A DNA stretch of 64,000 bases from Minisyncoccota bacterium (GTDB lineage: Bacteria > Patescibacteriota > Minisyncoccia > Phycocordibacterales > UBA9973). Position 1 is the stretch's first letter; every line of letters begins with the position of its first letter. The stretch covers positions 124-64,123 of the forward strand of contig JBAZXM010000001.1 in assembly GCA_041659845.1 (NCBI GenBank), read 5' to 3'. The notes below the pieces were generated by a model. It ran no database searches and had not been told where the DNA came from. It worked only from the letters and a program-made list of their open reading frames with translations. Position numbers and translations under genes: made by a program. Below, piece after piece: positions 27,503 to 35,405 of this stretch.

Positions 27503-27970
27503 ATGAAAAAAGATTTTCCCCGAAGCAGTTATTCTGTAACCTTAAGGAAATTATCCAGAAAGTCTAAAATTGGCTTTGGAAAGTATAAAGACAGTACTGT
27601 GGGCAGTTTGATTGACAACAAGTACTACGGAGAACTTCTGTCATATTATTACAGATTCGACAAGATTGATTTTCATGATGAAATCAAAAACGAGCTTATG
27701 ATCACCAAAGAACGGAGGATAGAAAAGCCTGGCAAAGAGAGAGATATTAAGCAAGTCAAAAAATTCATGATTCTCTGCTTGCGTGACATTTATGAAAAGA
27801 ATGGCAAGTTGGAAGACGGAAAAGATTTAGACCAAACACCAACCCCATTTTTCCCTAATAGTATGGTTGTAAAACTTCCTAAAAAAGACAAAAAGAAAAA
27901 AGTGCACGGGCTGGATGAATTTTTTCATTCTAAATCTAGAAACCAAGCTAAGAACCACGGACGTCGTTGA
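27503..27970 (+). CDS. Hypothetical lysine-rich protein (155 aa)
   Basis: Isolated ORF with own terminator; no motif recognised. Confidence 0.45.
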   Translation: MKKDFPRSSYSVTLRKLSRKSKIGFGKYKDSTVGSLIDNKYYGELLSYYYRFDKIDFHDEIKNELMITKERRIEKPGKERDIKQVKKFMILCLRDIYEKNGKLEDGKDLDQTPTPFFPNSMVVKLPKKDKKKKVHGLDEFFHSKSRNQAKNHGRR

Positions 27971-28000
27971 AAATTTTTGACGAGGCAAGTTAGGGCTACT

Positions 28001-28027
28001 AAAGGCGATCGAACTGATCGCCTTTTT
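28001..28027 (+). terminator. Rho-independent terminator
   Basis: aaaggcgatc gaact gatcgccttt + T-run. Confidence 0.7.
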
Positions 28028-28058
28028 ATATTCCTTAAAAATCTGCTATAGTCTTTAA

Positions 28059-29168
28059 ATGTCACTATCTATCGGAATTGTAGGTCTTCCAAACGTCGGT
28101 AAGTCGACACTCTTTAATGCTCTGACGAAAAAATGCGTTCCAGCGGAAAATTATCCTTTTTGCACTATCGACCCGTCTGTGGGTATTGTTGCTGTTCCTG
28201 ATGAACGCCTCTATAAGCTTGCCGAATTTTCTAAAACAAATAGGACTATTCCTGCTGTTGTAGAATTTGTGGATATTGCAGGGCTCGTCGCTGGAGCAAG
28301 TAAGGGTGAAGGTTTGGGAAATAAATTTCTCGCGAATATTCGTGAGACAGACGCCATTTTACACATGGTCCGTCTTTTCCCTTTGTCTGGTGGCGATAAT
28401 GAAATCGCTCATGTGTACGGCAACGTGGACCCACTTCGAGATATCGGAGTTATTAACCTAGAGCTTATACTCGCAGACTTTGAAACAGTAACCAAGAGAC
28501 TTTCTAATTTACAAAAAGACACAAAGAAGGGTGACAAAGAGGCTCTTTTTGAAGAAGCTGTTTTGCGAAGAGTTGAAAAAGTTTTAGAAGACGGTCTTCT
28601 TGCTAATAGTTTGGAATTTACCGAAGAAGAAAGTAAAAAAGTAAAACAATTAAATTTACTCACGTGGAAGCCAATGATTTACGGATTAAACAAAAAGGCC
28701 GGAGTCAAAAACTTGGATGAAGAAAACCCACAGTATTTTAAAGAGCTTACAGAAGAAATAATAAAAAATAAATCAAACTTTATTTTGATCGACGCGAAGA
28801 TTGAAGATGAGTTAAAAGACTTCGAGGGTGAAGAAAAAGATATGTTCAGAAAAGAACTGGGTGGAGAATATGATGGCATTAGCGATTTGATTGCTGGCTG
28901 TTATAAACTACTCGGACTTGAAACATATTTCACAACAGGAGTAGAAGAAACTCGCGCGTGGACAATACAAAAAGGAAGTACTGCTCCTGTTGCCGGTATG
29001 GCTATCCACACCGACTTTAAAGAAAAATTCATCCGCGCGGAAGTCGTATTTTGGAAAGATTTAATCGATTCCGGATCGTACGCCGAAGCTCGTTCAAAAG
29101 GAAAAGTCCGAACAGAGGGGAAGGAATATGTTGTGAAGGATGGGGATGTGATTGAATTTAAAATTTAA
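28059..29168 (+). CDS. ychF: Ribosome-binding ATPase YchF (Obg-family GTPase fold with TGS domain)
   Basis: IGIVGLPNVGKSTLFNALT, DIAGLV, C-terminal TGS-like (RAWTIQKGSTAPVAGMAIHTDFKEKFIRAEV). Confidence 0.88.
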   Translation: MSLSIGIVGLPNVGKSTLFNALTKKCVPAENYPFCTIDPSVGIVAVPDERLYKLAEFSKTNRTIPAVVEFVDIAGLVAGASKGEGLGNKFLANIRETDAILHMVRLFPLSGGDNEIAHVYGNVDPLRDIGVINLELILADFETVTKRLSNLQKDTKKGDKEALFEEAVLRRVEKVLEDGLLANSLEFTEEESKKVKQLNLLTWKPMIYGLNKKAGVKNLDEENPQYFKELTEEIIKNKSNFILIDAKIEDELKDFEGEEKDMFRKELGGEYDGISDLIAGCYKLLGLETYFTTGVEETRAWTIQKGSTAPVAGMAIHTDFKEKFIRAEVVFWKDLIDSGSYAEARSKGKVRTEGKEYVVKDGDVIEFKI

Positions 29169-29263
29169 AGACGTAAGGCTTTAAATTTTAAATTCAATCA
29201 TCCAGCGACAGCCCTATCAAGGCTGGAGTCGGATATAAATTGAATTTAAAATCTAATATCTAT

Positions 29264-29291
29264 TTGACTTTTACATTTTTTGATTTATAAT
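29264..29291 (+). promoter_or_regulatory. Near-consensus sigma70-type promoter (TTGACT-N16-TATAAT) for the HD-domain gene
   Basis: ttgact at 29264..29269, tataat at 29286..29291, ~28 nt upstream of ATG 29320. Confidence 0.45.
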
Positions 29292-29319
29292 GAAATAAAA
29301 CACATTAAAAATTAAAAAA

Positions 29320-30246
29320 ATGATAGAAACTGCTATTACTACCGAAACTCGCGCAAGCTTCCTTGCTCGACTTGAAAACCGATTTTCAAAAGTCGATATT
29401 CAGAGAATTATGTTTGCTTATGATATAGCTAAGGAAGCTCATCGTCCCGCCAAGCGCGATAGTGGTGAGCGATATTTTGATCACCCCAGAGCCCTTGCGA
29501 TTATTGCTATGGACGAATTGGGATGGTATGACGCAAATATGCTTTGCGGACTTTTACTCCATGATACAGGTGAAGATACTCCTATCTGGGGAAATATCAC
29601 TAAATCTTATGACGCATGGCTTGAGTCTGCAACATACCGCTTACAAAAATCATTCAGCCCGACTGTTGCAAATTACGTAATACGCCTGACAAAGCCATTT
29701 CCTGATGGTATACGTTTCAAAAATAAAGATGAAGCTTTTGATTTTTACATCAAATATAATCTTTTCGGAAACGGCTCCCATATCTCATCTGTTCTTTTTA
29801 ATGCCTCAGTTATTTTCTTAAAGATGATTGACCGCTTGCACAACCTCAGATCCTTACAAGCAGGGATGGAGCCAAAAATAAGGAAAACCATCAAAGAAAC
29901 TGAAGAGGTGTACATGAAAGATTTTGAGATTACTGCGAAATGCGAATTACTGAGTGATGTCCAGAAAGCAGATGCGCAAAAACTTCTCACATTGATCAAG
30001 CAGGAACTAAAGAATTTGAAGGATACATATCTTGAAGATGCTATCGCATGGAAAATTGATTGGGAATTAAGTGAGGCTGATTGGTCTTACAGAAAGACTT
30101 GCTACTATACCGATCTTGGTATAGCAGAGTGGCATCTCGGAGCATTTAAATCAATGAAGCCTCTTACTAAGCCTCAAGAAGTTCCAGTCAGTACTGTCTT
30201 TTTTAGACGGGTTTACATACAGCCGCACTGCTATCTTTGGATGTAG
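29320..30246 (+). CDS. HD-domain protein of the RelA/SpoT (p)ppGpp-hydrolase type with C-terminal extension
   Basis: RDSGERYFDHPRALAIIAMDELGWYDANMLCGLLLHDTGEDT matches SpoT HD-domain consensus (R.SGEPY..HP..VA...LHD..EDT). Confidence 0.65.
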   Translation: MIETAITTETRASFLARLENRFSKVDIQRIMFAYDIAKEAHRPAKRDSGERYFDHPRALAIIAMDELGWYDANMLCGLLLHDTGEDTPIWGNITKSYDAWLESATYRLQKSFSPTVANYVIRLTKPFPDGIRFKNKDEAFDFYIKYNLFGNGSHISSVLFNASVIFLKMIDRLHNLRSLQAGMEPKIRKTIKETEEVYMKDFEITAKCELLSDVQKADAQKLLTLIKQELKNLKDTYLEDAIAWKIDWELSEADWSYRKTCYYTDLGIAEWHLGAFKSMKPLTKPQEVPVSTVFFRRVYIQPHCYLWM

Positions 30247-30367
30247 TTTGCTATCTTGCTTTTAAAGCCGAATTGTAATGGTTCGGCTTTTTTAATTGCT
30301 AAAAAATTCTTGCTATAGTACAGTTATCTCAATAAATTCTTTTTAAAAACTTCAAAAACTTAAGGAC

Positions 30368-30865
30368 ATGACGAAACTTATACGATACCCTTATTTGCCA
30401 TTTGATAGAAAAATAAAGTATGTTTCTCAGAACGATTATTATATGCAACAAGCTAAAAATGTTGCTAATGCTCAATCTCTCGATAGAGATATGCCCACTG
30501 GCTGTGTTATTGTAAGTGATACTCGAATTATTGGCGTCGGCGCCAATGGCAGTGAATATCATGAAAAGCATGGTTGCGAAAGAAAACAGCTTGGCATCCC
30601 TACTGGTCAAGGTTATGGAATATGCGAAGGCTGTCATCCTAAAAATCATGCCGAGCAAAAGGCGATTGCGGATGCCTTTCGTAATTACAAGAAAAAGGTC
30701 CATGATGCCGATCTTTATTTGTGGGGGCATTGGTGGTGTTGTGAATCATGCTGGCATGCAATGATTAAAGCGGGCATTAAAAATGTATACCTAATGCATA
30801 ATAGCGAAGTGCTTTTCAATATCACAAATCCAGAAAATATAATCGGAAAAGAATTCAGTCGTTAA
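30368..30865 (+). CDS. CMP/dCMP deaminase-family zinc enzyme
   Basis: HAEQKAI (H-A-E zinc ligand) and CCESCWHAMIKAGIKNVYL (PC..C). Confidence 0.75.
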   Translation: MTKLIRYPYLPFDRKIKYVSQNDYYMQQAKNVANAQSLDRDMPTGCVIVSDTRIIGVGANGSEYHEKHGCERKQLGIPTGQGYGICEGCHPKNHAEQKAIADAFRNYKKKVHDADLYLWGHWWCCESCWHAMIKAGIKNVYLMHNSEVLFNITNPENIIGKEFSR

Positions 30866-30874
30866 TATCAAAAT

Positions 30875-30902
30875 AGCTCACTTGTCAGTGAGCTATTTTT
30901 TA
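30875..30902. terminator. Bidirectional terminator (dCMP deaminase + / 30900..31298 -)
   Basis: agctcac ttgtca gtgagct + T6. Confidence 0.7.
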
Positions 30903-31298
30903 TTTCTTTGCGATTTCTTCCTCGATTTCATCCACATCCTCTTGAATCTCATCAACATCTTTCTGAATTTCATCGATGTCCTCGGAAATCTCATCAACAT
31001 CTTTCTGAATCTCATCCACATCTTCCTGAATTTCGCCGATGTCTTCCGTCACTTCTGCAAGGTCCTCAGTATTCCTGTTCACAGTCATTTGAATAAGGAT
31101 AGAAAGGTAAATAGCTTCGAGCGAAACTATTGTTGTTAAAACGAGTAGCACTTTTTCAAAAGCTATTCCAAAGAAAGGAAGCGTGAAGGCTACTGCAAAA
31201 AGTATCGTATGTACGATAAGTGATTGTGTCGAGCCGACCCATTTTGTGATATTGACTGGCAGTTGTTCTATTCTTTCTTTGTGTGTGCGCTTTGTCAT
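30900..31298 (-). CDS. DUF1003-like membrane protein with C-terminal acidic heptad tandem repeats (EDVDEIQ/KDVDEIS x ~6)
   Basis: Two TM helices then MTVNRNTEDL...; repeat block read directly. Confidence 0.55.
   Translation of the reverse strand: MTKRTHKERIEQLPVNITKWVGSTQSLIVHTILFAVAFTLPFFGIAFEKVLLVLTTIVSLEAIYLSILIQMTVNRNTEDLAEVTEDIGEIQEDVDEIQKDVDEISEDIDEIQKDVDEIQEDVDEIEEEIAKK
30925..31050 (-). repeat. 21-bp (7-codon) coding tandem repeat, ~6 units, 42-bp super-period
   Basis: atctcatcaacatctttctgaat recurs at 30946 and 30988. Confidence 0.7.
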
Positions 31299-31321
31299 AA
31301 AAGTATTTCTATTGTATCATA

Positions 31322-31891
31322 ATGAGTATGAATACACATAACAAATTTTTCAAATGGGCGCTTATTATCGGCATCATGATTGTGCTTAATCTGTTTTTCA
31401 ATTACACACTTTCTCTAGTCTACTCGGAGCCGGATTACAATGCGTACTTCCCACGCGAGCAAGTTGTTAATCCTCCAACAAATCAGCAAGATTGTATAGC
31501 TCAAGGTGGTGGGTGGACAGTAAATACATATCCTGTGTATACTGACGCTCCACAAATGAAAGCTATTCCTACTCAGCCGGCACCGGAAGGCTGGTGTGAT
31601 ACGAATTTTACTAATCAGAAGAATTTTGAAGCCGCACAAAAAATCTACGACCGCAACGTATTCATCTCGCTTGTTGTCCTTGGTGTACTCACTATTGTTG
31701 CCGGGGCATTCCTCGGAGCATATGAAATTATCGCAACATCATTTTCTTGGGGTGGAGTACTTTCATTTCTTATCGCTTCAATCCGCTATTGGTCTTCAGC
31801 TGACAAGCTGGTGAAAGTCCTCATCCTCGCAGCCGCCCTCGGCGCTCTCATTTGGATCGGTATCAAAAAGTTTGGGAAGAACCTCCAGTAA
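31322..31891 (+). CDS. Hypothetical membrane protein (1 N-terminal + 2 C-terminal TM helices)
   Basis: Hydrophobic segments LIIGIMIVLNLFF, LVVLGVLTIVAGAFLGA, ILAAALGALIWIGI. Confidence 0.5.
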   Translation: MSMNTHNKFFKWALIIGIMIVLNLFFNYTLSLVYSEPDYNAYFPREQVVNPPTNQQDCIAQGGGWTVNTYPVYTDAPQMKAIPTQPAPEGWCDTNFTNQKNFEAAQKIYDRNVFISLVVLGVLTIVAGAFLGAYEIIATSFSWGGVLSFLIASIRYWSSADKLVKVLILAAALGALIWIGIKKFGKNLQ

Positions 31892-31920
31892 TTACAAATT
31901 ACAAATTACGGATTACGAAT

Positions 31921-31953
31921 AAAAAAGCTTCTGGAAACAGAAGCTTTTTTTTG
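31921..31953 (+). terminator. Rho-independent terminator
   Basis: aaaaaagcttctg gaaa cagaagcttttttt. Confidence 0.75.
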
Positions 31954-31992
31954 TTATACTCTTGGGGGTACGAATCCCGTTAGAGATCTTTT

Positions 31993-32247
31993 ATGTTTTA
32001 TTACACATATATATTAAAAAGTAAAAAAGACGGAAAAAAGTACACAGGTTTTACAAAAGACCTACGGAAGCGCCTTGAGCAACACAACGCGGGTAAATCT
32101 ACTTACACGAAAGGACGAGGCCCATTCCAACTTATTTATTACGAAGCATGTTTAATGGAAAAAGAAGCAAGGTCGAGAGAATTATATTTAAAATCGGGAA
32201 TGGGCAAGCGCTATCTGAAAAATAGATTAGGCGCTTCCTATCTCTAA
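31993..32247 (+). CDS. Minimal GIY-YIG nuclease-family protein (84 aa)
   Basis: YYTYILKSKKDGKKYTGFTKDLRKRLEQHN (GIY-(10)-YIG, R, E core). Confidence 0.65.
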   Translation: MFYYTYILKSKKDGKKYTGFTKDLRKRLEQHNAGKSTYTKGRGPFQLIYYEACLMEKEARSRELYLKSGMGKRYLKNRLGASYL

Positions 32248-32251
32248 CGGG

Positions 32252-35200
32252 ATGAAGCAATACGATCACCTAAAAATCGAAAAGAAATGGCAGAAGGAAT
32301 GGGAGGCGAAGAAGGTTTACAAGACTGCTAATCCCGGCAAAATGAAAAAGCATTATGTGCTTGATATGTTTCCATACCCGTCCGGTGCGGGCCTTCATGT
32401 CGGCCATCCACGCGGATATATTGCAAGTGATGTATATGCGCGCATGAAGCGCATGCAAGGCTTCAATGTTCTTCACCCTATGGGCTTTGACTCATTCGGA
32501 TTGCCGGCAGAGCAATATGCAATACAAACAAAGAAGCACCCAGGGCCTTTCACTGAAAAGCTTGTGGAGCTCTACAAGAAGCAGCTTGAGATTATAGGCT
32601 TCTCATATGATTGGAGCAGGGAAGTCGCGACGCACAGGCCTGAATATTACAAATGGACGCAGTGGATATTTTTAAAACTCTATGATGCCTGGTATGACCA
32701 AACAAAAGATAAAGCGCGCGATATCAGTGAGCTGGTAAAAATTTTTAATAAAAATGGCAATGAAAATGTGAATGCTGTGTGTGATCAAAACACACCAACT
32801 TTTTCCGCGAAAGAATGGAAGCAGATGAGCGAGATGGAAAAGCAGAATATGCTCATGAAATATCGCTTGGCATACGAAGGCTATAGCGAAGTGAATTGGT
32901 GCTCGAAGTTAGGAACGGTGCTTGCGAATGATGAAATTGTAGATGGGCCTGACGGCAAGCCAGTCTCCGAGCGCGGCGGATTCGGAGTAGAAAAGAAATC
33001 CATGCGACAGTGGTTTATGAGAATAACTGCATATGCAGATAGATTACTTTCAGGCCTCGAAGGTCTTGATTGGTCATCACATATAAAAGAAATACAGAAG
33101 AATTGGATAGGGAAGAGTGAGGGGTCGGAGATCAGTTTTAAAATTGTTTCTGGAGATAAAAAAGATCTAGATAATCCCTTAGGTAGGAGAACCGACCTAG
33201 GATCTATTACAGTTTTCACTACAAGGGCTGATACGCTTTTCGGCGTCACCTATGTTGTTCTTGCGCCGGGGCATTTATTTCTTGAAAATATTAAAACTAG
33301 AATTTCAAATTGGAAAGAAGTTGAAAAATATCTTGATGTAATAAAAAACAAATCTGAAGAAGACAGAATAAAGGAAGGTGAAAAAACAGGTATTGAATTA
33401 AAGGGTATCATGGCAATCAATCCTGCAAATGGAGAAGTGGTACCTGTCTGGATAGCTGATTATGTCTTGGCAAATTACGGTACTGGTGCAGTAATGGCTG
33501 TGCCTGCACACGATGAGCGTGATTTCGAATTTGCGAAGAAATATAAATTACCGATTCGTGATGTTGTAGCAAAAATGATTGGCGAACATCATCATGAAAA
33601 TAATATTCGTGACGTTGCAGAGGGTGTCATTATTAAAGACGACCAGGTTCTTGTAATGGAATATAAAAATCAATATGGTTTGCCGGGTGGAGGAATTGAA
33701 GAAGGTGAAACTCCTGAGCAAGCATTATTAAGAGAAATCAGAGAAGAAATCGGGTATACAGATGTTGAAATTGTCGAATATCTAGGACAAGCAAATCGTT
33801 ATTATTTCTCGGATCGAGATCAAAAGAAAAAAGTAAGACATGCATATGGATATGTAGTAAAAATACTAAGTAACAAAAAAAACCCTACTGCTCCTCATGA
33901 AATTGATAAGCCTGTATGGCTCCCTATATCGGAAGCAATTCAAAAAGTTCAACAGAGTCCAATCTATTACCAAAGTAATTTTATTGACCGGGCGTTTAGT
34001 GGTATGGGGCAATGTTTTGTTGATAATGGCGTTTTGATTCAATCAGGGCAATTTGACAGCTTAACTTCTGAAGAAGCTCGTAAGAAAATTACCGAATTTG
34101 TCGGAGGTAAATTGATCACTAAATACAAAATGCGCGACGCGATTTTTGCTCGGCAGAGATATTGGGGCGAGCCGATTCCGCTTTCGACTGACAAGGATGG
34201 GATTATTCATGAAGTCAAAAAACTTCCACTTAAACTCCCAAATGTGAAATCATACGAGCCGGCAGGCACGGGTGAGAGTCCGCTTGCGGGAGTGAAGGAT
34301 TGGGTCAAGCATGGCTACGAGACAAATACCATGCCTGGTTGGGCGGGAAGCTCATGGTATTTCTTGCGTTACATGGACCCAAAAAATAAAAGTGCAATAG
34401 CAAGCAAACAAGCGATCAAATACTGGAAAGATGTGGACATGTATGTCGGCGGTGCAGAGCACGCAACAGGGCACTTGTTGTACTCGCGTTTCTGGCACAA
34501 ATTCTTGAAAGATATCGGCATTGCACAGACAGAAGAACCATTTAAAGCGCTTCGCAACCAAGGCTTGATAGGCGGTGCTGATGGGCGCAAGATGAGTAAG
34601 CGCTGGGGGAATGTCATAAACCCTGATGAGATTGTAAAAACTTATGGCGCTGATACACTCCGTGTCTACGAAGCATTCATGGGACCTTTTGATCAATCAC
34701 TTCCGTGGTCCACAGAGAGCATTATCGGCTCACGCAGATTTATTGAAAAAGTTTGGAGGATGGGGGAGAAAACAATTCTCGCTTCGCATAATTCTTTTCA
34801 AAAAGGTCCTCGGGTCGCCCGTGCAGGTTTATCAGGGAAGAGCGGGCTCGACCAGACCGTTTTTGAAAAGAACTCTGCTGCGCTTAAGAAAGTGCTTCAC
34901 AAAACTATTAAAAAAGTTACGGAAGACATTGCGAATTTTAATTTCAATACCGCAGTCTCAGCGATGATGATTTGCGCGAATGAAATGGAAAAAGCTGAAT
35001 ATGTTTCCGTGGAAGATTTCAAAAAATTCTTACAAATTTTAGCACCATTTGCCCCACATGCGTCTGAAGATCTTTGGCGTGAGCTCGGTGAGAAAAAATC
35101 AATCCATCTTTCAGAATGGCCTCTGTATGATAAGAAAAAGATTATTGATGACACTATCACTATTGCCATTCAGGTTAATAGCAAAGTCCGCGCAGAAATT

Positions 35201-35341
35201 TCTATTCCTATTGATATGAGCGAAAATGATCTAAAAAAACTTGTTTTGGAAAATCCTGCGACCAAGCAATGGACAGAAGGCAAGGAAATAAAGCGAATTA
35301 TCCATGTCAAAGGCAAGCTCGTCAATATAGTTATTGCTTGA
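32252..35341 (+). CDS. leuS: Leucyl-tRNA synthetase carrying an in-frame ~140-aa Nudix-hydrolase domain insertion (nt ~33565..34015) between the editing domain and the leucyl-specific/KMSKS region
   Basis: HVGHPRGY (HIGH), KMSKRWGN (KMSKS), GTGAVMAVPAHDERDFEFA editing-domain end; insertion contains perfect Nudix box GGGIEEGETPEQALLREIREEIGY. Confidence 0.9.
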   Translation: MKQYDHLKIEKKWQKEWEAKKVYKTANPGKMKKHYVLDMFPYPSGAGLHVGHPRGYIASDVYARMKRMQGFNVLHPMGFDSFGLPAEQYAIQTKKHPGPFTEKLVELYKKQLEIIGFSYDWSREVATHRPEYYKWTQWIFLKLYDAWYDQTKDKARDISELVKIFNKNGNENVNAVCDQNTPTFSAKEWKQMSEMEKQNMLMKYRLAYEGYSEVNWCSKLGTVLANDEIVDGPDGKPVSERGGFGVEKKSMRQWFMRITAYADRLLSGLEGLDWSSHIKEIQKNWIGKSEGSEISFKIVSGDKKDLDNPLGRRTDLGSITVFTTRADTLFGVTYVVLAPGHLFLENIKTRISNWKEVEKYLDVIKNKSEEDRIKEGEKTGIELKGIMAINPANGEVVPVWIADYVLANYGTGAVMAVPAHDERDFEFAKKYKLPIRDVVAKMIGEHHHENNIRDVAEGVIIKDDQVLVMEYKNQYGLPGGGIEEGETPEQALLREIREEIGYTDVEIVEYLGQANRYYFSDRDQKKKVRHAYGYVVKILSNKKNPTAPHEIDKPVWLPISEAIQKVQQSPIYYQSNFIDRAFSGMGQCFVDNGVLIQSGQFDSLTSEEARKKITEFVGGKLITKYKMRDAIFARQRYWGEPIPLSTDKDGIIHEVKKLPLKLPNVKSYEPAGTGESPLAGVKDWVKHGYETNTMPGWAGSSWYFLRYMDPKNKSAIASKQAIKYWKDVDMYVGGAEHATGHLLYSRFWHKFLKDIGIAQTEEPFKALRNQGLIGGADGRKMSKRWGNVINPDEIVKTYGADTLRVYEAFMGPFDQSLPWSTESIIGSRRFIEKVWRMGEKTILASHNSFQKGPRVARAGLSGKSGLDQTVFEKNSAALKKVLHKTIKKVTEDIANFNFNTAVSAMMICANEMEKAEYVSVEDFKKFLQILAPFAPHASEDLWRELGEKKSIHLSEWPLYDKKKIIDDTITIAIQVNSKVRAEISIPIDMSENDLKKLVLENPATKQWTEGKEIKRIIHVKGKLVNIVIA

Positions 35342-35405
35342 TTACGAGCATTCCTTTGCTATAATTAAGCTATTATTATTTATACAACTAAGTATTATCA
35401 GCGCT

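Noticed and set aside
30882-31139. Plus-strand ORFs 30882..31139 and 30908..31096
   Set aside because: They are antisense to the heptad-repeat region of the minus-strand DUF1003-like gene. The repetitive DNA keeps the frames open.
35334-35405. TTG start at 35334 for the Wzy/TPR membrane protein
   Set aside because: It overlaps the leuS stop and precedes any hydrophobic segment. The ATG at 35406 (MNESKN...) is the more plausible start.
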